Source: Calditrichia bacterium
Lineage (GTDB): Bacteria > Calditrichota > Calditrichia > RBG-13-44-9 > J075
Direction: 5' to 3'
DNA: 24,477 bases
NCBI GenBank assembly: GCA_050633245.1
Contig: JBOEGD010000019.1
Span: forward strand, 1-24,477
In this document: piece by piece, positions 18,401-24,477 of the stretch
Position numbering within the stretch: position 1 is the stretch's first letter
Layout of the letters: each line of letters starts with the position of its first letter
Position numbers and translations under genes: made by a program
The notes under the pieces: model-generated
What the model saw: only the letters and a program-made list of their open reading frames with translations
Told to the model about the DNA's origin: nothing
Databases searched by the model: none

Positions 18401-19310
18401 CAGCGAGCGTCTGGAAAAGCTGATTAGTGAAATTGAAGGTATTTCTTCTGAGCAGGCGCTTCAAGAACTGCCGGAGATATTTCGAACTGAGAACTCGACA
18501 GATGATTTGGAACCTGCCTATCGAAAACGGCATCGCGATGCGGATATGGCTATCGAGTTGGCGCTACTTCAGGAAGGATTTATTCGCCCCCCAAGAGATG
18601 CGCAGCGCAATTGGATGGTTGGGCAGTGGATAGCTGAAGCAACTGATGATTTAAGACATCTTCATGAACTGGCCAAGCGTTTTGTCTCTGGTGAGACCGA
18701 GCATGGCGAGATCTATGATGAGAAGGTCGACGTGCTTGCTGATGAAGAAATAATGGAAGACTGGCAAACTCCAGTGATGAAGGCAATGGCCAAACAAGTT
18801 ACCGAAGCGCATGGCGATGTGCTGGAAATCGGTTTTGGCATCGGCGTTAGTGCGACCTTTATACAAGAGCAGGGTGTTGCATCGCATACAATTGTGGAGA
18901 TGAACGAATATATCGCCAACACGCTTTTCAAAGATTGGCGTGCCGGTTACCCCAAGTCTGATATTCGATTGGTTCTGGGGCGCTGGCAGGATGCGCTGGA
19001 AAAACTGAAAACGTACGACGGCGTATTTTTTCACGCTGTCCCGATGGATGAAGAAGAATTTATGAACGAAATGGTTGGCAGTATCACCTTTGCGGAGCAT
19101 TTTTTCCCGGTGGCTGCCAAGCTGTTAAAACCAGGTGGCGTGTTTACGTATATGACGACCGAGGTTGACTCGCTGAGCAGAAGACATCAGCGTGCATTGT
19201 TTAAGCATTTCTCCTCCATAGCGTTGGAAATTCAGCCGCTGACGATACCTGAAGATACCAAAGACTGGTGGTGGGCCGATTCTATGGTTGTTGTGAAGGC
19301 TACCAAATAA
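12447..19310 (+). CDS. NRPS: C(starter-like)-A(Asn)-T-C(LCL)-A(core, lacking A9/A10)-methyltransferase (GAMT/Rmt2-like)
   Basis: C1 HHLMNDGWS; A1 code DLTKIGEIGK (Asn-type); T1 DNFLALGGGSL; C2 LSSAQRRIW/HHIISDEWS. A2 has motifs through A8 (GRVDGQVKIRGHRIE) but no A9/A10. C-terminal IMEDWQTPVM and SAM motif VLEIGFGIG. GGAG RBS. Confidence 0.95.
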   Translation: MLDKIKNYDEQIQAAGKLNNVADVSNLTRSQLLIWTGQKLSPKLPLYNMVMTYQIDGQLNPDVFQQAFQILLQKSDAMRTIFSEQDGIPQQKVLDYCAFDLDVIDFTESADPAASAVSWSQQRARQPVDISKSLFDSVLLKLSEEKWMWYYNQHHLMNDGWSVTLVFRRVSEYYQAVLADQIEGLQDLPQYCNYRSYEKENSNSPSFKKSIAFWKDRAVSNNGPLALYGKTPDVRSTAGKRIYAELNEEQSAALREIALEAGIRSFTLDLSLYYIFSTLLTAVLARISGEKHIAFGAPVHNRSSVDFKETIGLFIEMFPMKLDLESGETFRSLLKKVALETQDFLRHSGSGITTAELNNSFNVTLNFINASFGEFAGLKTRSTWVHPGDFDKGNSFSLLVHDFDATGKYQLHFDLNTDIFSAQDEHRIVDDFMTILKAFINDREIVIDDIKMLSDRQTVELLNAYNETARPVADGTIVDWFNNHAAAQPNAIAACCNEQSLSYSQLQNSTKQLANYFSEAGIKSGDMVAISQTRSFELLKSIWAITKIGAAFVPLDPSLPKVRKEYILQDSGSNWLVCNKGLAPAENADLRVIDPEESRDAISLCETTFPKRHISAQDLAYILYTSGSTGKPKGVRVSHGAIANYLNWAKRTYMPVSGMRMAVFTTISADLTLTSLLLPFISGGTAVVYPEEGSGTDLSIVRVAQDDAVDIVKLTPSHLALVKDKLLAATSINTLILGGEELKTANVRELAANGKIVYNEYGPTEATIGCMIYRYDPEEDGDSSVPIGSPIDNTQIYLLNEQLQPVPLGTPGELFIGGAGLADGYHKRFELTQERFVDNPFNKGTHLYRSGDLARFNNGQLQYLGRNDEQLKLGGFRIEPGEIETALGKIPAISNVVVDVVDVQPGSVDSRRSEKRLIAFFTADDKLEDSLMRSALAKEIPHYMIPAHLIQLDEMPLNATGKIDKLALPELVTLLQPHSSQHTPAQNQLQKELTDIWEGVLGTSPIGIEDNFLALGGGSLHAVSVIAQIILRYQITLPLQTLFETSTIKELSERIETAQQLETDELATGSATQIIARSTDASIPLSSAQRRIWYLQSIQPESYAYNMHQAVLLDAPLDVARLNAGVASLVNRHEILRTYFVEQKTELLQRIADSVDNVFIEVDLSAETSDKNSLVRRYAESQAQRTFALNKLPLWNLTYLHLPDNSCALVLIMHHIISDEWSVDVFWQHLAAFYQDNNMSATANLVQYADYSIYEQEWLQTSSCSSQLDYWKGMLETQLEPLQLTHRTASSNANRGAQKQLNIPKDILTKLKLLGGEESASLFMVLFAAYSILLQKLSGQSDFCIGTPVTLRERPELQNVIGFFLNTLPLRASVEENDSFREHLKKSRAICLESFANKDVPFDLLVKELRPNVAGGENPWFQSMLVVQNDGTSQLRFDDNSASAMQIDSGVSKFDFTLFMQEGEESAIAMVEYNTDMFVADFIEQLLQSWSTLLQEIVAQPDAQIQTINHYSKVQIDHLLALGCGPGVRIPAEPVHILIAKQAKANPTSIAVRYDKQTLSYGELNERATGLANGLEVNSSGVRIGILLERSVDYPVAILAVLKTGAAYVPLDPAYPADRLEMIIQDAGIKTVISSAEHGDKARGASIKIIDVQAKITNSAPVESAQQNLDSDAYIIYTSGSTGKPKGVPITHRNLLYSTFARPQFYENKPAAYLLLSSFAFDSSIAGIFWTLTEGGTLCLPDNDHYMEPDYLTTFIADNNISHILAIPSFYQQLIHFQPDRLLSLQTVIVAGEALHHSLIHEHQKLLPKTRLVNEYGPTEATVWATAADVTNLPESNRVPIGKPIGSTQLYVLDMNENLAVPGVPGELFIAGPQVAAGYVNRTKLTSERFIHDPFLKNGVMYRTGDRVCWRGDGQLDFLGRVDGQVKIRGHRIEPEEVEAVVAQLSEVVEVAVVPTQRTNASAIRTERLQLIEQQDWLTVAERFGSERLEKLISEIEGISSEQALQELPEIFRTENSTDDLEPAYRKRHRDADMAIELALLQEGFIRPPRDAQRNWMVGQWIAEATDDLRHLHELAKRFVSGETEHGEIYDEKVDVLADEEIMEDWQTPVMKAMAKQVTEAHGDVLEIGFGIGVSATFIQEQGVASHTIVEMNEYIANTLFKDWRAGYPKSDIRLVLGRWQDALEKLKTYDGVFFHAVPMDEEEFMNEMVGSITFAEHFFPVAAKLLKPGGVFTYMTTEVDSLSRRHQRALFKHFSSIALEIQPLTIPEDTKDWWWADSMVVVKATK

Positions 19311-21301
19311 TGCAGAATGGAAAACGAATGAAACAGGTCGAAAATATATCATTTCGGGAACGCATTGCCGCGCTTTCGGATGCTCAAAAGCTTCTTCTTG
19401 CTCAAAGGTTAAACCTACCCGCTCAACAATCGGGCTCTTTTGACAGCCTTGCCGCGTTTATCGTTCCGACAAATATAGCGGATGTTGCTGCTATAAAAGA
19501 GCAGTTAACGCACCGCTTACCGGATTATATGCAGCCGGATATTGTGCTGATCGACAATATGCCGCGCACGCCTAACGGGAAAATTAATCGCAATGCTCTG
19601 CTTGAAATACCGAAAAGCAAGCTGGATAACGGGTCGGAGACAACTGGTCTCAGTGCTGCTCAGGTAACGCTAAGAGATATCTGGAAGACTGTTCTTGCCG
19701 TTGACGCCGTTTCGATTAATGATAATTTCTTTGAGTTGGGCGGCGATTCAATTCGCGCTATGCAGGTTATTTCACGCGCGCGTTCTGCCGGGATCGATAT
19801 TTCTGTACGCCAATTGTTTGCACAACCAACAATTGCACAGCTAATAACTTCTGAACCGGCTTTGCAAAAAGTTGAGACGATGAAATCTGTAAGCGGTGAC
19901 GTTTTGCTATCGCCGATTCAGCGCTGGTTTTTTCGCGAAAACTTTGCCGAAAGTCATCACTGGAACCAATCGGCTTTGCTCACTTTACATTCCGAAAATA
20001 GCGCTGCCGAGTTATCTGAAGCGCTTCAAACAATCGTTAAGCACCATGAAGCTTTTCGTATCCATTTTGAAGAGAACGATAAGGAATGGTGGCAAATTGC
20101 TTCGGCACAGCTGACGGAGCTGCCGTTCAAAGAGTGTGTGCATCCGGGAGAAGGTAAACTGGAGGCGTTTATCCGGCAGGCGCAGTTAGAACTTGATTAT
20201 CGCATGCCGGGTAAAGCATGGCAGGCAATCTATTTGGACGGACAGGAGAAGCGGCCCAGTTTATTACTGCTGGTTATGCATCACCTATTGATTGATGGCG
20301 TTTCCTGGGCAATCGTTTTAGAAGATCTTTCAGAAGCCATTGAAGGAAAACGACAAGGTAGAACACCTGTGCCGCTGAGTACGTCGACAACTTTACCTGA
20401 ATGGAACGAACGCTTACAGCAGTTTGCCAATCAGCGCGAAACATACTTGCAAGTAGCGCAATGGTTGCATTGTTTTGAAGAAACCAGCGGACAAATTCCG
20501 CGAAAGGAAAATGCCGATCTACAAAAAAACACCGAGGGCAACAGCAAGACAGTTATGCTTGAACTGTCCCGGGAGGATACAGCGCTTTTGCTTGGCGACT
20601 GCACGTCTGCCTATCGTGCGAGCCTAAATGAATTCCTTTTATCAACATTGTTTGCCAGCCTTACCGACTGGTCTGGAAATACCAAATTAAAGATTAATAT
20701 GGAAGGGCATGGACGTGAAGAAGCTGTGGGTGCAGATGCCTCTAGAGCAGTCGGCTGGTTTACCAGCTTTTTCCCAATCACAACAGCTTTCCATGCTGAT
20801 GCTGAAATTAATGATATACTCACTGGCGTTAAAAATGCTCTTAACGATATTCCTGAGAACGGTATCGCAGTTGCCGCTGCACAGTATTTGGGGCAATCTG
20901 AAAAGCTCCGCTCTGCGATTGATAAAGCCATGAAAAATGATGTGCTTTATAACTATCTGGGCACGTTGGATGGCGATTATGGAAATCACTGGGACTATAA
21001 ACTTATTAGCAGCCGCAGCCCGAAGGCACATCGTAGTCACCTGCTCGATGTAACCGCATATATTTTAAAAGATTGCCTGCAGCTTCACTGGGAGTTCTGT
21101 CCGGACCTTCATGATGAGGAAGTAATTCGAAAGCAGGCTGAGCAACAGCTTAATTATTTACAGACCATTATAGAAAATCGACATGCTGCGAGCACCAACT
21201 ATACGCCGGCAGACTTTCCTCTTGCCGGACTGGATCAACATGGATTACAGCAGCTTGGAGAGCTGCTAAAAGACTTGGATAGCAGGGGAGAGGATAAGTG
21301 A
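19310..21301 (+). CDS. NRPS: docking-like helix-A(C-terminal subdomain A9/A10)-T-E-COM
   Basis: TAATG coupling gives ATG at 19310 (alternative 19328). A9/A10 are LPDYMQP and RTPNGKINRNAL; T is DNFFELGGDSI. E motifs are LSPIQRWFF, HHLLIDGVSW, EGHGRE, RAVGWFT and YNYLG; COM donor is YTPADFPLAGL. Confidence 0.93.
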   Translation: MQNGKRMKQVENISFRERIAALSDAQKLLLAQRLNLPAQQSGSFDSLAAFIVPTNIADVAAIKEQLTHRLPDYMQPDIVLIDNMPRTPNGKINRNALLEIPKSKLDNGSETTGLSAAQVTLRDIWKTVLAVDAVSINDNFFELGGDSIRAMQVISRARSAGIDISVRQLFAQPTIAQLITSEPALQKVETMKSVSGDVLLSPIQRWFFRENFAESHHWNQSALLTLHSENSAAELSEALQTIVKHHEAFRIHFEENDKEWWQIASAQLTELPFKECVHPGEGKLEAFIRQAQLELDYRMPGKAWQAIYLDGQEKRPSLLLLVMHHLLIDGVSWAIVLEDLSEAIEGKRQGRTPVPLSTSTTLPEWNERLQQFANQRETYLQVAQWLHCFEETSGQIPRKENADLQKNTEGNSKTVMLELSREDTALLLGDCTSAYRASLNEFLLSTLFASLTDWSGNTKLKINMEGHGREEAVGADASRAVGWFTSFFPITTAFHADAEINDILTGVKNALNDIPENGIAVAAAQYLGQSEKLRSAIDKAMKNDVLYNYLGTLDGDYGNHWDYKLISSRSPKAHRSHLLDVTAYILKDCLQLHWEFCPDLHDEEVIRKQAEQQLNYLQTIIENRHAASTNYTPADFPLAGLDQHGLQQLGELLKDLDSRGEDK

Positions 21302-24300
21302 AGCTGGAAAATGTAACTGATATATATCCGCTTGCACCGCTGCAAGAGGGGATTCTCTTCCATGCAATCGCCGATAAAAACGCCGGACATTATCACCAAC
21401 AGTTCTGTTGCGTTTTGAAAGGTGAATTCGATACTGCGCGCTTTAAGAAAGCCTGGCTCAGCGTTATTCAAAACCATGATATTCTCCGAAGCATCTTCGT
21501 TTGGCAAGGTCTGGAAAAGCCGCTTCAAATAGTGCGGAAAGACGTGCAGCCTGTTTGGATCGAAGACGATTGGACAATGAATGATCACAATGTGCAAGCA
21601 GAAAAGCTCGATATGTATCTTTCCGATGACCGTCTTCGCGGCTTCGATGTGCGCTACGCACCACTCATGCGCTTTAAGTTAGTGCGATTGAATAAAGATC
21701 GCCTGCAATTTGTCTGGAGCTTTCATCATTTACTGTTGGATGGCTGGTCTATTCCAATACTTTGGTCAGATGTGCTGACAGCTTATGATAGCCTTGGTGA
21801 CACAAAAACTGCTACTTCCCGGAAACCGCAGCAGTATCGCGCGTTTATCTCGTGGATGATGCAGCAAGATAAGTCTGATGCTGAACTGTTCTGGCGAAGT
21901 CATTTTAAAAATTTAACCTCGCCAACCTCACTGGAGGGTTTGCCAAAACTTAATAAAGCGGAAAACCCGGGGCGCACAGCGGTTCAGTTTACGCTGGAGG
22001 AAACGCGTAAACTCGAAAAGGTAGCTTCTGCAAACAGTTTGACGCTGAATAGCGTGGCACAAACCATCTGGGCTTTTTTGTTGAGCGTCTACAGTTATCA
22101 GGACGACGTTGTATTTGGAACTACTGTTGCAGGAAGACCGCTTAACCTTTCCGGAGTGAATGAGATGGTGGGGCTGTTTATCAATACGCTGCCGATGCGT
22201 GTCAAGCTGGATGGGACACGTTCGCTGGTAGAAAATATGAAGGCGGTGCAGGATACCCAGCTTGCCATGCGACAGTACGAACAGAGCTCGTTACTGGATA
22301 TTCAGGGCTGGAGCGAAGTGCCACGTGGAGAGCAGCTTTTCGAAACGGTATTTATTTATGAAAATTATCCCTCTTCATCCAATGATGTTGGGAAAATTTA
22401 TTCGGTGGATGAAGTGACGGTTCATGAGCAAACACATTTTCCTCTGAGCATTCTTGTTGGAACGGTTCCGGAATTTCGTATAGAAATTGCCTGGAACGGC
22501 AAGCGAATTGGCAGGGTTTTTTCCGAACAGATTGCACGGCATTTTAAACATGTTCTTATGCAGTTTCTGGACAATCCAGGAATAGTTGTCGATGAAATCG
22601 TTGTTCCGCTAGAGGATGAAGCACATCGTTTGTTAAATGAGCTGAATAAAACACAACGATCTTTTCCTGTTATATCTTCCATAACGGAAATTCTTGAAAA
22701 GCAAGCAGCAACACAGCCCGAAACAATAGCTGTCCGGTTTCAGGATGATCGGCTTAGTTACGCTGAACTGAATGATCGAGTCACCCGCCTCGCTGTTTTC
22801 CTACAGCAAAAAGGGGTAAATCAGGAAGATAAGCTGGGAGTGTTTTTAGAGCGCTCCGAGCAGATGCTGATTGCTACGCTTGGTATTCTCAAAGCTGGCG
22901 CCGCTTATATTCCTCTGGATCCGGCTTTCCCAAAAGATCGACTTTCTTACATGGTTGAAGATGCCAGTATTACTACTCTGCTAACGCAGGAAAACCTGTT
23001 GCCTCACCTGCCTTCTCAAAATGTTCAAACTTTTTGCCTGGATAAAGATTGGTCTGAGATTGCCATGGCTGGGCCTGCTGATTGGAAGCCCCAATCGACT
23101 GCCTCAGACTGCGCTTATGTAATTTATACTTCCGGTTCAACCGGCAGGCCAAAAGGCGTTCAGGTTTCTCACAATTCTCTGTTGAATTTTCTGTTCAGCA
23201 TGAAGGAACAGCCGGGGTTTGCACCGCAGGATCGTTTACTAGCGGTGACAACGCTATCTTTTGATATCTCAGGATTAGAGCTTTATCTACCGCTTATCTG
23301 CGGTGGAACCGTCGATATCGCAGCAACAGCTATGGTTTCTGATGGACAGGCTTTAGCCAACCGTTTAGACGAAAGCGGGATTACCGTTATGCAGGCCACG
23401 CCTGCTACCTGGCGACTCTTACTGGAAAGTGGTTGGCAGGGTAAGCGTGATCTAAAAATTCTCTGTGGTGGCGAGGCGTTTCCGGATGACCTGGCGCAAG
23501 AGCTTCTACCTCTTTGTAATGAAGTCTGGAACATGTATGGCCCGACTGAAACAACAATCTGGTCTGCCATTGCACGAGTAAAGCCTGATGAGGCGATTCA
23601 TATCGGTCGGCCGATTGCAAATACGCAGATTGTTATTCTGGATAAGCGTGATAAGCTGGCACCATTCGGAGTTGCCGGAGAACTGTGTATTGGTGGAGAC
23701 GGTGTTGCCTTGGGATATCTAAATCGACCAGAGCTTACCAATGAGCGCTTTATTGAAAATCCTCTGTCTGGTGAAGGAGAGATTCTTTATCGAACCGGAG
23801 ATTTGGCGCGCTACTATCCCGATGGACGCCTGGAGTTTCTGGGGCGCTTCGATTATCAGCTGAAGCTGCGTGGTTTCCGCATTGAACCTGGCGAGATTGA
23901 GGTTTCATTAATGGAGCACGCCGATGTTGACCGTGCGGTTGTGGTGGTAGGAGATTTTGGTGCGAATGATAAGCGGTTAGTTGCTTATCTCGTGTGCGCA
24001 AATTTACCCGAGACCGGAGAGCTACGTAAGCATTTGCGTTTAAATTTGCCTGAGTATATGATTCCTGCTCATTTTATTCAGCTCGATGCCATTCCGCTAA
24101 CGCCAAATAACAAAATAGATCGCAACGCATTACCCAATGTTGCGTCTGTCGATAGCAAAACAATCTCTGATGAAGTTGCCCCTCAAAATTCGCTGCAGGA
24201 ACAGCTTCTGGATATTTGGAAGACGGTGCTGAAGCAACCAGCAATTGGAATCACCAACAATTTCTTCGATCTCGGTGGACACTCACTGCTGGCCGTTCGT

Positions 24301-24453
24301 CTTATCAGCGAAATCAATGCCGCCTGTCAATCCAACCTGACGATAGCAACTCTTTTCGAATCCCCAACCGTTGAAGGACTTGCACTCGCACTGGAGTCTG
24401 CACCGAGCGACACCACGATAGATTTTTCCGAGATTACAGAAGACGCCATCTAA
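21298..24453 (+). CDS. NRPS: C(DCL)-A(Gly)-T
   Basis: GTGA overlap. DIYPLAPLQEGILFH and WSFHHLLLDGWS mark a DCL-type C domain, consistent with the upstream E. A code DILQLGMIWK (Gly); T is NNFFDLGGHSLL. Short acidic tail and no TE. Confidence 0.95.
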   Translation: MKLENVTDIYPLAPLQEGILFHAIADKNAGHYHQQFCCVLKGEFDTARFKKAWLSVIQNHDILRSIFVWQGLEKPLQIVRKDVQPVWIEDDWTMNDHNVQAEKLDMYLSDDRLRGFDVRYAPLMRFKLVRLNKDRLQFVWSFHHLLLDGWSIPILWSDVLTAYDSLGDTKTATSRKPQQYRAFISWMMQQDKSDAELFWRSHFKNLTSPTSLEGLPKLNKAENPGRTAVQFTLEETRKLEKVASANSLTLNSVAQTIWAFLLSVYSYQDDVVFGTTVAGRPLNLSGVNEMVGLFINTLPMRVKLDGTRSLVENMKAVQDTQLAMRQYEQSSLLDIQGWSEVPRGEQLFETVFIYENYPSSSNDVGKIYSVDEVTVHEQTHFPLSILVGTVPEFRIEIAWNGKRIGRVFSEQIARHFKHVLMQFLDNPGIVVDEIVVPLEDEAHRLLNELNKTQRSFPVISSITEILEKQAATQPETIAVRFQDDRLSYAELNDRVTRLAVFLQQKGVNQEDKLGVFLERSEQMLIATLGILKAGAAYIPLDPAFPKDRLSYMVEDASITTLLTQENLLPHLPSQNVQTFCLDKDWSEIAMAGPADWKPQSTASDCAYVIYTSGSTGRPKGVQVSHNSLLNFLFSMKEQPGFAPQDRLLAVTTLSFDISGLELYLPLICGGTVDIAATAMVSDGQALANRLDESGITVMQATPATWRLLLESGWQGKRDLKILCGGEAFPDDLAQELLPLCNEVWNMYGPTETTIWSAIARVKPDEAIHIGRPIANTQIVILDKRDKLAPFGVAGELCIGGDGVALGYLNRPELTNERFIENPLSGEGEILYRTGDLARYYPDGRLEFLGRFDYQLKLRGFRIEPGEIEVSLMEHADVDRAVVVVGDFGANDKRLVAYLVCANLPETGELRKHLRLNLPEYMIPAHFIQLDAIPLTPNNKIDRNALPNVASVDSKTISDEVAPQNSLQEQLLDIWKTVLKQPAIGITNNFFDLGGHSLLAVRLISEINAACQSNLTIATLFESPTVEGLALALESAPSDTTIDFSEITEDAI

Positions 24454-24477
24454 ATAGAGGAAAAGGTTACAAGTAGC

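Larger units (their letters stand above)
1..24477 (+). other. Part of an NRPS biosynthetic gene cluster with a heterocyclic starter-unit cassette and metal-uptake genes (truncated at both ends)
   Basis: Four NRPS CDSs plus a stand-alone A enzyme, PCP, dehydrogenase, cyclodeaminase, hydrolases and TonB receptor. All are co-oriented with short gaps or overlaps (ATGA at 1395-1398, TAATG at 19308-19312, GTGA at 21298-21301). No TE or reductase domain in the window. An RBS-like AGAGGA follows the last stop codon. Confidence 0.95.

Noticed and set aside
19268-19330. Frameshift or pseudogene explanation for the break between the two NRPS ORFs, and the track start at 19268
   Set aside because: The methyltransferase ends cleanly, the TAATG overlap indicates coupling, and the downstream ORF begins with a docking-like helix. 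The 19268 GTG lies inside the upstream CDS. A sequencing error cannot be fully excluded without reads.
14300-23160. Repeated nucleotide stretches (e.g. TCCGGCTCxACxGGxAAxCCxAAAGGCGT) as DNA repeats
   Set aside because: They encode the conserved A3 motif of paralogous A domains. I saw no CRISPR array, IS element, tRNA or rRNA in the window.

Overview
All genes in this window lie on the + strand and form the interior of a larger nonribosomal peptide synthetase (NRPS) gene cluster that is cut off at both ends. In order: (1) the tail of an upstream NRPS (A-subdomain + T, no thioesterase); (2) a coupled pair of atypical alpha/beta-hydrolases; (3) a non-coding region with two CRP/FNR-type boxes; (4) a HupE/UreJ-type membrane protein and an HTTM-like membrane protein; (5) a four-gene starter-unit cassette made of a RapL/PipA-like lysine cyclodeaminase, an AnaB/PltE-like aminoacyl-PCP dehydrogenase, a PltF/AnaC-like stand-alone adenylation enzyme with an altered pocket, and a type II PCP; (6) a small His-rich ORF ending in PPP, followed by a TonB-dependent receptor; (7) three translationally coupled NRPS genes: C-A(Asn)-T-C-A(core)-MT | A(sub)-T-E | C-A(Gly)-T. 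Three features stand out. The second adenylation domain is split across two genes at the A8/A9 loop, with docking-like helices on both halves and a guanidinoacetate-methyltransferase/Rmt2-like domain at the break. The starter cassette looks like a six-membered-ring (pipecolate to piperideine/picolinate) version of the carrier-bound proline-to-pyrrole pathway. Metal-uptake genes sit inside the cluster, suggesting the product is a metallophore, possibly for a metal other than iron. All family assignments come from recognising motifs by eye; no database searches were run.
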